Source: Deltaproteobacteria bacterium (GTDB lineage Bacteria > Desulfobacterota > Binatia > HRBIN30). From it: a DNA stretch of 64,000 nucleotides. Positions 26,740 to 35,614 of this stretch are shown here, in pieces. The position numbers and the translations under genes were made by a program. Each line of letters opens with the position of its first letter. Positions within the stretch are counted from its first letter, which is position 1. Where the stretch lies: contig JACQEN010000188.1 in NCBI GenBank assembly GCA_016200585.1, positions 105-64,104 of the forward strand, written 5' to 3'. The notes beneath the pieces were generated by a model. That model was not told the DNA's origin. It ran no database searches and was given only the letters and a program-made list of their open reading frames with translations.

Positions 26740-28530
26740 ATGAATAGCGACTTAGTTGTTGGGATGGCGGGATCTGGTGGTGACGGGATCGTGTCTGCCG
26801 GCGAGGCTTTGACCGCGTCGGCGGCCAGCGAAGGCTACCACGTCATCATGACGAAGAGTTTCGGTTCGCAGATTCGTGGCGGCGAATCATCGTGCCGGGT
26901 GCGGCTGGCGACCGGTCCGATCTTCAATTCCGGCGGCACGCTCGACGTGGCCGTGGCGTTGAATTGGGACGACTTCATGAAGTTCGGCGGTGAGCTGCCG
27001 GTCGGTGGCAAGACGGTCGTCATCTACGACGCTGCCACCGGGGTGGAACCGAATGCGCTGCCGCTCGTCGGGGTAGCGCCGAATGAAGTCTTCAGCGTAC
27101 CGATCGGCGACATGGCGAAGCGTGCCTCGGGCAGCGATCGCGGCAAGAATACCGTCGTTCTTGGCTTGCTTGCCGGTTGGTTCGGTATCGCGCAGGAGGC
27201 GCTGCTCAAGGGGATTCGCAAACGCTTCGCGAAAAAGGCGGCGGCCGTTCTCGCCGGTGCCGAGCAATCGTTCAACGCCGGGATGGCGTATGCTGCCGAG
27301 CATCCGTTGCGCCATTCGCGCGCGATCGGCAGACCCGACGGTGGCGTCGCGTCGCGTCGCATTACCGACGGCAACGAGATCTGTGCCGCCGCCGCCATCT
27401 ACTCCGGCTGCGAGTTCTTCGGCGGCTATCCGATCACGCCGTCGACTGAGATCATGCAGTTCCTCAGTCGCGAGATTTGGAAGTACGGTGGTACGCTGCT
27501 GCAGGCCGAAGACGAAATCGCCGGCATCGGTGCGGCCGTGGGAGCCTCGTTCGCCGGCAAAAAGTCGATGACCGCGACGTCGGGTCCGGGGATGTCATTG
27601 AAGACGGAGATCATCGGCCTTGCCAGCATCGCCGAGTTGCCGTTGGTGATCGTCAACGTCCAGCGTGGCGGACCATCCACCGGTATGCCGACCAAAACCG
27701 AACAATCCGATCTGTATCAAGCGGTGTTTTCCGCGCATGGCGACGTCGTGCGGCCGGTGCTGGCGCCGACCAACGTTGCCGACACGTTTGCGGTGACCGT
27801 CCACGCTTTCAATATCGCCGAGCGCTTTCAAACTCCGGTTGTTGTTTTGTCGGATCAGGAAATCGCCCAACGCAAGGAGTCGTTCGACCCGATCGATACG
27901 TCGCGCCTGCCGTGTGTTCAGCGCCGCATACCGACGGCGGCGGAGTTACAGGAATACCAACGCTTCCGGCTCACCGACGACGGCATCAGCCCGATTAGCT
28001 GCCCGGGCATGGCTGGAGGCGGGTACCAAGGGGCCGGCATCGAGCACAATGAGGCCGGGTCACCGACGGCCAGCGGTACGATGCATTTGCGTATGACCGA
28101 GAAGCGGTTCCACAAGTTCGACGCGCTGCGCGAATACACCGACCTCTTTCAGGTCGAGGGGGATCCGCTTGCCGACCTGGCGTTGATCAGCTGGGGCAGC
28201 ACCGCGGGTATCTGCCGCGAGGCGCTGCACATGGCGCGTGAGGAAGGTTTGCGCGTCAAGCTGCTCGTCCCCTACCTGCTCTATCCGGTGATGGAAGAGA
28301 CCTACCGTGAATTCCTGGTCAACGTGCGCGCCGGCTTCGTCGTCGAGCAGTCGTATCAGGGGCAACTATACCGCATCCTTCGCATGTACGTGGACCTGCC
28401 TGCCGAAGTCCAATCGTGTGCCCGCGCCGGCGCCAATCCATTCCAGCCGATCGAGGTGGTCGAGCGCTTGCGCGACGCCTCGTTGCGCCTGCAGCGCCTC
28501 TACGGCGAGACGTTGCAGCCGCGTGAGTGA
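26740..28530 (+). CDS. 2-oxoacid:ferredoxin (acceptor) oxidoreductase alpha subunit (fused gamma-alpha type)
   Basis: AGGAGCG before ATG 26740. GSGGDGIVSAGEAL...SFGSQIRGGES (gamma-like) followed by GYPITPSTEI and GPGMSLK (alpha-like). Confidence 0.85.
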   Translation: MNSDLVVGMAGSGGDGIVSAGEALTASAASEGYHVIMTKSFGSQIRGGESSCRVRLATGPIFNSGGTLDVAVALNWDDFMKFGGELPVGGKTVVIYDAATGVEPNALPLVGVAPNEVFSVPIGDMAKRASGSDRGKNTVVLGLLAGWFGIAQEALLKGIRKRFAKKAAAVLAGAEQSFNAGMAYAAEHPLRHSRAIGRPDGGVASRRITDGNEICAAAAIYSGCEFFGGYPITPSTEIMQFLSREIWKYGGTLLQAEDEIAGIGAAVGASFAGKKSMTATSGPGMSLKTEIIGLASIAELPLVIVNVQRGGPSTGMPTKTEQSDLYQAVFSAHGDVVRPVLAPTNVADTFAVTVHAFNIAERFQTPVVVLSDQEIAQRKESFDPIDTSRLPCVQRRIPTAAELQEYQRFRLTDDGISPISCPGMAGGGYQGAGIEHNEAGSPTASGTMHLRMTEKRFHKFDALREYTDLFQVEGDPLADLALISWGSTAGICREALHMAREEGLRVKLLVPYLLYPVMEETYREFLVNVRAGFVVEQSYQGQLYRILRMYVDLPAEVQSCARAGANPFQPIEVVERLRDASLRLQRLYGETLQPRE

Positions 28531-28587
28531 GCCGTGGCCCGGGGCCAAGTCGAGATCGCACGAAGATTGAAGAGTGAGGAAACGTCG

Positions 28588-29463
28588 ATGCACGCGAGCG
28601 GGGCTTTGGAAGCAAAGGACTACAAGAGCGATTTGAAACCGATCTGGTGTCCGGGTTGCGGCGACTTCGGTGTGCTCAGCGCCTTGTATCGGGCGCTCGC
28701 AAACATCGGGCGGTCACCGCACGAGATCGCTTTTGTTTCGGGGATCGGCTGTTCGAGCCGGATTCCCGGCTACACGACGGCGTACGGTTTCAACAGCGTG
28801 CATGGCCGCGCCCTGCCGATTGCCCAGGGGATCAAGCTGGCCAATCCCGACCTGCTGGTGCTGGTTGCCGGCGGCGACGGCGACGGCTTTTCGATCGGCG
28901 GCGGACATGTGCCGCACGCCATCCGCCGCAACATCGATATTACCTACATCGTCATGGACAACCAGATCTACGGCCTCACCAAAGGCCAGCTGTCGCCGAC
29001 CTCACCACGCGGCACTCATACGGTGACGTCGCCCGAGGGCAGCCTCGAAGATCCGGTGAACCCGCTGCTGTACGTCCTCGGGTATGGAGCTCACTTCGTT
29101 GCCCAATCGACGCCGGCAGATCAGATCGGTCTGACGGCCGTCATCGAGGAGGCAATTCGCTTTCCTGGCTTTGCTTTCGTCAACGTGCAGTCGCCGTGTG
29201 TCACCTTCGGCGATCCGAACCAGCAGCTGAAAGCGCACAAGGAAGGGCTGAAGTCGCTGGCCAAGATCAACTACGATCCGAGCCATCGCGTCAAAGCGAT
29301 GGCCCTGGCGCAGACCTACGGCAAGGATCTCTACACCGGAGTCTTCTACCGCAACCCGAATCCGCCACCGACCTTCGACAGCCTGGTGCGCGAACGGCAG
29401 CGACACATGGCGCCGCAGGCCATGCCGCGGGAAAAGATCCTCGACACCTTCCTGCCGCACTGA
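28588..29463 (+). CDS. 2-oxoacid:ferredoxin oxidoreductase beta subunit (TPP-binding)
   Basis: WCPGCGDFGVL and GGDGDGFSIGGGH...MDNQIYGLTKGQ motifs. GTGAGGA before ATG 28588. Confidence 0.85.
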   Translation: MHASGALEAKDYKSDLKPIWCPGCGDFGVLSALYRALANIGRSPHEIAFVSGIGCSSRIPGYTTAYGFNSVHGRALPIAQGIKLANPDLLVLVAGGDGDGFSIGGGHVPHAIRRNIDITYIVMDNQIYGLTKGQLSPTSPRGTHTVTSPEGSLEDPVNPLLYVLGYGAHFVAQSTPADQIGLTAVIEEAIRFPGFAFVNVQSPCVTFGDPNQQLKAHKEGLKSLAKINYDPSHRVKAMALAQTYGKDLYTGVFYRNPNPPPTFDSLVRERQRHMAPQAMPREKILDTFLPH

Positions 29464-29528
29464 GCCGAGCGGTTGCAAGGACGCGACCCGTGAGCACTGA
29501 GCGCGGGCTCGGAGCCGCAGCCAGCACT

Positions 29529-30839
29529 TCACGAACCGAGTCGAAGAATCGATTCCTTGGTCGGTAGCGGAGGTGCAAAGGGCCAGAACGCGGTCACCAG
29601 GCGCAGCGTTCCGGCCCACGTCTTTTCGGTTTCGTTGCTCACTCCCTCGTGATTCTCTCCGTAGGTGAGCTCGGCGACGAGCTTCAGATCCTGGAGGAGC
29701 GAAAGCTGCATGCCGCCGGTGATCTCCCACAGCCGTCGTCGTTGACGCGTGTCGCCGCCGGCTTGCCGATCGTCGAACTGCGGCATCCAAGCCATATCGC
29801 AGCGCAGCAACGTCAGGAGGGCCGTGGTGAGTCGGAAGTCTCCTTCGACAAAACCGCCGTAGTAGAGCAACGACTGGTGATATCCGGTTGGATTGGAGTC
29901 GTATCCGGCAAGGAACTGCCCGAGCAGCCGAAAGCGCCGACTGTAGAAGTCGATGTCGGGGCCAATCCGCAGCGCCCGATCATTTGTCCCCGCGCCGATG
30001 ATGTCGGGGCTGTAGAAGACGAAAAGTCCGACGTGCTCGCTCCCGAACGCACGACTGACATGAGCATAGAAATCCTTGCTGGCGGTATTGTCGAGCCGGT
30101 TGTTGCTGCCGTTGGTGAAACCGGTGGCGATGTTCAGTCCGGTTTTCGGATGAACCGCGTTGAGCTCGAGGCCGATTTGGGATTCGGAGAGCGCCGAAAC
30201 GTATTCGCACTCGCCGTGCGGAGGATCCTTGCTCAACAGGCCGCAGGAATTGAGGCCGTAGATCAAGTACGGGCGCGCCGAGAGTCGATGGATCGCCGGC
30301 GACACTCCCAGCGGCAGCTCGTACCAGCCGGCTCTGATGTTACCGAGCCAGCCGCCGCCCTCAACATGGCCTACGACGTAGGCTTGATACGGCACCGTGT
30401 AGGTTTCGGTCTTTCCGGAATCGGCTTCCATCTCGATCGGCCGGTAGTCGACGAGGAAGGACAGGTGCTGCCCGATCTCGCCGCCGGCCAGAACGCTGAG
30501 AGAATTGAGATTGAAATGCGTGCGGATCGGACTGTGCCCGGCGGCAACTTCTCGAGAGAGGTCTTCACCCGTCGTGAAATACAGCGCGATCGGCAGCGTC
30601 CCGGGCAAATCGACCGCCGAGCCGGCGTTGATCGGTTTGATTGCCGGCTGCAGTCCGTGAAAACCGTGGGTGCGAAAGTTTTCGCCTTCGGGGTTGAGCT
30701 GCGGAAAGGTCGAGTGGCAGGCTCCGCATGGTTTGTCGTAGATGCGGGCAAAAACGGGAATCGCTGCCGCCCGCGATGCAACCAGCCCGCATGCGAGTCC
30801 GACGCTGACCACCACAACCCTGACGAGACCGCTCCTCAT
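29529..30839 (-). CDS. Exported protein with an N-terminal CxxCH motif and a beta-rich (outer-membrane-like?) body
   Basis: Signal MRSGLVRVVVVSVGLACGLVASRAAA, then IPVFARIYDKPCGACHSTFPQLNPEGENFR (CGACH at 30714-30728). Alternating hydrophobic pattern thereafter. No family assigned. Confidence 0.6.
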   Translation of the reverse strand: MRSGLVRVVVVSVGLACGLVASRAAAIPVFARIYDKPCGACHSTFPQLNPEGENFRTHGFHGLQPAIKPINAGSAVDLPGTLPIALYFTTGEDLSREVAAGHSPIRTHFNLNSLSVLAGGEIGQHLSFLVDYRPIEMEADSGKTETYTVPYQAYVVGHVEGGGWLGNIRAGWYELPLGVSPAIHRLSARPYLIYGLNSCGLLSKDPPHGECEYVSALSESQIGLELNAVHPKTGLNIATGFTNGSNNRLDNTASKDFYAHVSRAFGSEHVGLFVFYSPDIIGAGTNDRALRIGPDIDFYSRRFRLLGQFLAGYDSNPTGYHQSLLYYGGFVEGDFRLTTALLTLLRCDMAWMPQFDDRQAGGDTRQRRRLWEITGGMQLSLLQDLKLVAELTYGENHEGVSNETEKTWAGTLRLVTAFWPFAPPLPTKESILRLGS

Positions 30840-31080
30840 CGCGCCCACCGACCTCAACCCTATAGTACGACTCGGCAGCCGCCGAAATCGTGATTTGCGA
30901 CGTCGCCCATTTTTTCCGTTTCGGCGCCGACCGAGCTTCGGGCTTGCGCTCGGTTTTCGGTGTTCGGAGAAAGATTGTCCCCTACGGTGGCGCCCCCACC
31001 TATGGCAGCGGTTCGCGGCCTGTTAACCTAGCGGAGCGGCCCGCTGTTTCCTCGTCGTCGCCGGGTGCGCGGAGGATAAG

Positions 31081-32022
31081 ATGAAGCTCGAGCATCTGTC
31101 GATCCATGGTCATAGAGTCGCGTGCCAGATCGGTGGCGAAGGACCGGTGCTTCTCCTGGTCCACGGTATGGCCGGAAGCTCGGCAACCTGGAACCACGTC
31201 GTCGATGGCCTGGCGCAGCACTTCACGGTTCTGGCTCCCGATCTGCTCGGGCACGGCGAATCCGGCAAGCCACGGCGCGGCGAATACTCGCTGAGCGCGC
31301 ACGCCAACATGTTGCGCGATCTGCTGCATGTCCTCGGTCATGAACGTGTGACGCTCGTCGGCCAGTCTCTCGGCGGCGGCGTGGTCATGCAGCTCGCCTA
31401 CCAGTTCCCCGAGCGCTGCGAGCGTCTGGTGCTGGTGAACAGCGGTGGTCTGGGTCGCGAGGTTAACCTGCTGCTCCGGGCGTTGACCTTTCCCGGGGCG
31501 GAGTTCGTCTTCCCGCTCGTTTGCGCGCCGCTCCTGCGCGACGCGGGCAACCGGCTGGCGGGGTGGTTGCACAGCGCCGGTGTACGTGCCGTTCCCGCAG
31601 TCGAGGAGATCTGGCGCAGCTACAGCTCGCTGGCCGACGCGGATACGCGGCGCGCCTTCTTCCGCACCCTGCACAGTGTCATCGATCTCGGCGGGCAAGC
31701 GGTGAGCGCCGCCAATCGCCTGTATCTGACCGCGCAGGTGCCGACGTTGATCGTTTGGGGTGCGCAGGACCAGATTATCCCCGTGAGTCACGCCGAGACG
31801 GCCGCCGAGCTCATGCCGGGCAGCCGTCTGGTCATCTTCGACGGCGTCGGCCATTTCCCGCATTGCGAGAACCCGGAACGCTTCGTCGAGGTCCTGTGCG
31901 ATTTCATGGCCTCGACTCAGCCGGCGTGTCTCTCCGAAGCGCGCTGGCGTGAGCTTATGCGCTCCGGCGAACCGACACGCATCCACGTCGCACCGACGGA
32001 AGAGGCACGCGCTGCCGGCTAG
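31081..32022 (+). CDS. Alpha/beta-fold hydrolase
   Basis: GPVLLLVHGMAGSS, nucleophile elbow GQSLGGG, C-terminal GHFPHCENPERF. Confidence 0.85.
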   Translation: MKLEHLSIHGHRVACQIGGEGPVLLLVHGMAGSSATWNHVVDGLAQHFTVLAPDLLGHGESGKPRRGEYSLSAHANMLRDLLHVLGHERVTLVGQSLGGGVVMQLAYQFPERCERLVLVNSGGLGREVNLLLRALTFPGAEFVFPLVCAPLLRDAGNRLAGWLHSAGVRAVPAVEEIWRSYSSLADADTRRAFFRTLHSVIDLGGQAVSAANRLYLTAQVPTLIVWGAQDQIIPVSHAETAAELMPGSRLVIFDGVGHFPHCENPERFVEVLCDFMASTQPACLSEARWRELMRSGEPTRIHVAPTEEARAAG

Positions 32023-33344
32023 GCCGCATCTGCCACCCGCAGTAGTGTGCGCACGTCGACGCGGGCTCGCATCCGGGCGCACAGCAGGAACATGCCGGCG
32101 AGCTTGCGGTGCAGGAACACGGTAGCGGGTGGCGGTGGTCGCAGCAGTCCCTTCGCTGCGAGCTGTAGGCCCAGCTCTCTGGCGCGTGCCGGTATATCCG
32201 AAGCGCCGAAGTCGTATGCACCACGATGACGGAACGGTTCGCAACCGATCAAGAACAGCTCTGCCAACGCGTCGGCCCGTTCGGAGTCTCCCTGCGTGCG
32301 AGCGAAGCCGATGTCGCACAGCGCCTGACGCACGGTGGTGCGATCATTCGCCGCGGCTGCGCCGAGCAGCCGGCGATACTGAGCCGAAAGCTCGATCGGG
32401 ACGTCACGACTGCCGCCGAAGTCGAGCAGGCCGAGCTGCTCGGTGGCGGGCAGATAGACGTAGTTGGCGAAGTTGGGGTCGCTCTGCAGAAAATGGAACT
32501 CGAACAGCTCGCGCAACATGAGCCGGTAGAGAAGCAACCCGAGGTGATCGCGTAGCGTCTGCGCTGCGCCGTCCTCGCACAGCTCCTCGAGCGGTGTGCC
32601 GTCGAGGAAATCCATTGCCAAAATGCGCGTGGTTGTGAGCTCGTCGTGCACCGCCGGAACCAGCAGCTGCGGGTCGCCAGCCACCAGAACGGCGTAGCGG
32701 TTTTGCAAACCCGCTTCGATCTTGTAGTCGGTCTCACGGCGTAGTTGGCGTTTGACCTCGGCGAGCAGAGCGGCAGGATCGAAGTCGCCGGGCAGCAGTC
32801 GAGCGAGCCGCAGGACCGCGGCGACGTTTTCGACATCGGCATCGATGCTGCGGGCGATCCCGGGATACTGGACCTTTAGTGCGACATCGCGGCCGTCGGC
32901 GGTCAGAGCGCGGTGCACTTGACCGATCGAGGCGGCAGCAACCGGCGTTTCGTCGAACCGACGGAAGAGCGCCTCCCAGCCGCTGCCGTAGGCGCGCTTC
33001 AAGGCGCGGTGCAATTGCGCCGGAGGCATGGTGTTGGCGTCGGCGCGAAGAATGGCGAGGGCGCGAGTCAGCTCCGCCGGCAGGATGTCTTCGCCCTGCA
33101 GCGACAGCATCTGCCCGATCTTCATCGCCGCGCCACGTAAGCTCGCCAACCGCTTGGCGAGCCGTTCGGCATTTGCTTCACTGAACACCAGACCGCCATG
33201 CACCGTGGCGCCGACCATGCGGCGCATCCCCTCGGTGAGTGCGCCCAGGGCGAGCTCACCCGACATCCAGCCAAAGCGCGCCAGCCGTTCGATTCGACCG
33301 GCAGGTACGCGCGACTGTCGCAGCGGCTTCGAAGAGCGGGGCAT
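32019..33344 (-). CDS. ABC1/UbiB-family atypical kinase
   Basis: AAASIGQVHRALTADGRDVALKVQYPG, DYKIEA, MDFLDG, HFLQSDPNFANY motifs. ATG 33344 chosen (the track ORF extends 158 codons upstream). Confidence 0.8.
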   Translation of the reverse strand: MPRSSKPLRQSRVPAGRIERLARFGWMSGELALGALTEGMRRMVGATVHGGLVFSEANAERLAKRLASLRGAAMKIGQMLSLQGEDILPAELTRALAILRADANTMPPAQLHRALKRAYGSGWEALFRRFDETPVAAASIGQVHRALTADGRDVALKVQYPGIARSIDADVENVAAVLRLARLLPGDFDPAALLAEVKRQLRRETDYKIEAGLQNRYAVLVAGDPQLLVPAVHDELTTTRILAMDFLDGTPLEELCEDGAAQTLRDHLGLLLYRLMLRELFEFHFLQSDPNFANYVYLPATEQLGLLDFGGSRDVPIELSAQYRRLLGAAAANDRTTVRQALCDIGFARTQGDSERADALAELFLIGCEPFRHRGAYDFGASDIPARARELGLQLAAKGLLRPPPPATVFLHRKLAGMFLLCARMRARVDVRTLLRVADAA

Positions 33345-33552
33345 GGTGACATCCGTTGCCGTCGTCGCCAGCCAAGCGGCGCAAAGGCAATTCCAAGCAC
33401 AATAGAGCAACAACGCTGCCGACAAAAGGCGGGAGCACTCGCGACTGTCTACAGGCCGCAAAGGACGAGCTGCGCCGGCTGTACGGCCAACCGCGCAGTC
33501 GCCAAGGTTGAGGCGATTTTCCTTCCTCTGCTTCCACGTGCCGAAATCTTGC

Positions 33553-33580
33553 TTGACATATGCATCAATGTGCATATATG
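33553..33580 (+). promoter_or_regulatory. Candidate arsR promoter (TTGACA-N16-TATATG) overlapped by inverted repeat ATATGCA-N6-TGCATAT (candidate ArsR operator)
   Basis: -35 at 33553-33558, IR arms at 33558-33564 and 33571-33577, -10 at 33575-33580. The arsR start codons GTG 33588 / ATG 33591 follow within about 10 nt. Confidence 0.5.
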
Positions 33581-33587
33581 CCTGTGA

Positions 33588-33977
33588 GTGATGAAAGCTT
33601 GCGGTGCAATGTCGCCACCGACTCGACGCAGTCGCGAACGTGCCGCCCACGAGCTGGCGACGATTGTCGACTCGGAGCTGTTCCGCGCCTTGTGCGAGCC
33701 GGCGCGCATCGAGATCGTAAAGCTGCTGACGGCCCGCGGCCGGTCGGACGTGCAGACGATCACCGCGCAAGTGCCGCAAGATCAATCGGTGATCTCGCGC
33801 CATCTTGCGGTCTTGCATCGCGCCGGTGTGGTGCGACGCGAGAAGATCGGGCGGCAGGTGTTCTTCGAGCTCGATGGGACGAACGTCGTGACCCGCATGC
33901 AGCGCATGATCGAGCAGTTTCGGTCGATCATCCCCCTATGCTGCCCGCCGGCAGCGCAAGCCAAACAGCGAAAATAG
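33588..33977 (+). CDS. arsR: ArsR/SmtB-family metalloregulator
   Basis: LFRALCEPARIEIVKLL...QSVISRHLAVLHRAGVVRREKIGRQVFFEL winged-helix signature. Confidence 0.85.
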   Translation: MMKACGAMSPPTRRSRERAAHELATIVDSELFRALCEPARIEIVKLLTARGRSDVQTITAQVPQDQSVISRHLAVLHRAGVVRREKIGRQVFFELDGTNVVTRMQRMIEQFRSIIPLCCPPAAQAKQRK

Positions 33978-33998
33978 GCGAGAGGAAGGGAGAACCGT

Positions 33999-34832
33999 AT
34001 GACCACGACGCAGGGAAATAAGCCAGAACAGGTTCGCGAGCTGGTGCGACAGCGTTACGCCGAAATCGCCCGCGACGGCAGCGTCAATCCCGCCGGATGC
34101 TGCGGTCCGCAGCCGGCGCAAATCGCCGAGCGCCTTGGCTACTCGTCACAGGAGACCACGGCCGTTCCGGAAGGGGCGAATCTGGGTCTCGGATGCGGAG
34201 CACCCCTGGCTGCTGCCGCGTTGCGCGAGGGCGAGACCGTACTCGACCTCGGATCGGGTGCCGGCTTCGACGCCTTCCTGGCGGCTCGTGTCGTCGGTTC
34301 TACGGGAAAGGTCATCGGCGTCGACATGACCGATGAAATGCTCGCCAAGGCGCGTGCGAACGCCCAGCAGGCCGGCTTCGGCAATGTCGAGTTTCGCAAG
34401 GGTTACATCGAAGCCTTGCCGGTGGACGACGCGAGCGTCGACGTCGTGCTGTCCAACTGCGTGATCAACCTGGTTCCTGACAAAGCGGCGGTGTATCGCG
34501 AAATCGTTCGCGTGCTGCGCCCCGGCGGCCGCATGGTGATCAGTGACGTCGTGCTCAATCAGAAATTGCCCGAAGTGGTCGCCGCGAATGTGGCGGCGTT
34601 GACCGGTTGCGTTGCCGGCGCCGCGCTGCGCGAGCACTATCTGGCGACGATCACCGCGGCTGGTCTCGGCGAGATCGAAATCGTCAGCGACAAGGGTTTC
34701 GGAGCGATGGCTCTCACCATGGTGCCGCCGGAGATGTTGCGCCAGGCGGAAGCCGCCGGGATCAACGTCGAGCAGGTCGCCGATACGGTCCGCTCGCTGA
34801 CGATTCGGGCGCACAAGCCGCAGCGCTCCTGA
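33999..34832 (+). CDS. arsM: Arsenite S-adenosylmethionine methyltransferase
   Basis: [44 protein letters not shown] and LTGCVAGA. The conserved ArsM Cys positions are present. Confidence 0.85.
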   Translation: MTTTQGNKPEQVRELVRQRYAEIARDGSVNPAGCCGPQPAQIAERLGYSSQETTAVPEGANLGLGCGAPLAAAALREGETVLDLGSGAGFDAFLAARVVGSTGKVIGVDMTDEMLAKARANAQQAGFGNVEFRKGYIEALPVDDASVDVVLSNCVINLVPDKAAVYREIVRVLRPGGRMVISDVVLNQKLPEVVAANVAALTGCVAGAALREHYLATITAAGLGEIEIVSDKGFGAMALTMVPPEMLRQAEAAGINVEQVADTVRSLTIRAHKPQRS

Positions 34833-34855
34833 TCGCGTCGCGACCAACTCGGCGC

Positions 34856-35509
34856 ATGACCCAGCCACGCGACGTGCCGCAACTCTTCACGCAACGAGTC
34901 GCAAGCTACGTACGCTTCGTTCGCTTCGTCTTCTATCCGCAGGCGCTGCGTGCCTACTTCTTGGAGTCCCCACTCCTACGTTCCGGCTTGCGGGTTCTTG
35001 ATGCGGGTTGTGGAACCGGCGTCGTGACTCTGGCGCTGCGCCAGGCGCTGCTGCGCCGGGGGTTCTCTCCGGCAACGTTGCATGGGTTCGATCTGACTCC
35101 GGCGATGCTGGAGCACTTCCGCGCAACGTTACAGCGGCGCGCGATCGAAGGCGTCGAGCTGGCAACGGCCGATGTCCTGCAGCTCGACACGCTTCAGGCG
35201 ACGTGGGGAGGTTACGATCTGATCGTCTCGGCCTCCATGATGGAGTACCTGCCGCGCGAACGGTTGGCTGACGCACTTGCCGGCCTGCGCAGGTTGTTGA
35301 ACGGCAACGGCAGCCTGCTGCTGTTCATCACGCGTCGCAATTGGCTGATGCGACCGTTGATCGGCCGGTGGTGGGAGTCCAACCTCTACACCGCCCCAGA
35401 GTTGCAGGAAGCCTTTGCTCGCGCCGGCTTCTCGAACATCAAGTTTGGGGCGTTTCCACGGCGCTATCGCTACTTCACGCTCTGGGGCCATATCGTCGAA
35501 GCGACATAG
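34856..35509 (+). CDS. Class I SAM-dependent methyltransferase (unknown substrate)
   Basis: ATG 34856. RVLDAGCGTGVVTLAL motif I and a DLIVSASMMEYL motif II-like segment. Confidence 0.75.
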   Translation: MTQPRDVPQLFTQRVASYVRFVRFVFYPQALRAYFLESPLLRSGLRVLDAGCGTGVVTLALRQALLRRGFSPATLHGFDLTPAMLEHFRATLQRRAIEGVELATADVLQLDTLQATWGGYDLIVSASMMEYLPRERLADALAGLRRLLNGNGSLLLFITRRNWLMRPLIGRWWESNLYTAPELQEAFARAGFSNIKFGAFPRRYRYFTLWGHIVEAT

Positions 35510-35614
35510 GTCCCGCACCGGTTCTACGGTTCGCGCGATCGGATTGCAGTAACTGCCCTTGCGGGGTAGCAAGCGCGTAGTTCCATTGCGCTTCGATTCG
35601 AGCAAGGAGTTTCG

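Noticed and set aside
32019-32022. Convergent hydrolase and ABC1-kinase genes share their stop codons in a CTAG tetranucleotide.
   Set aside because: The overlap is real in the sequence, but it is a common consequence of compact convergent genes. No functional implication can be supported.
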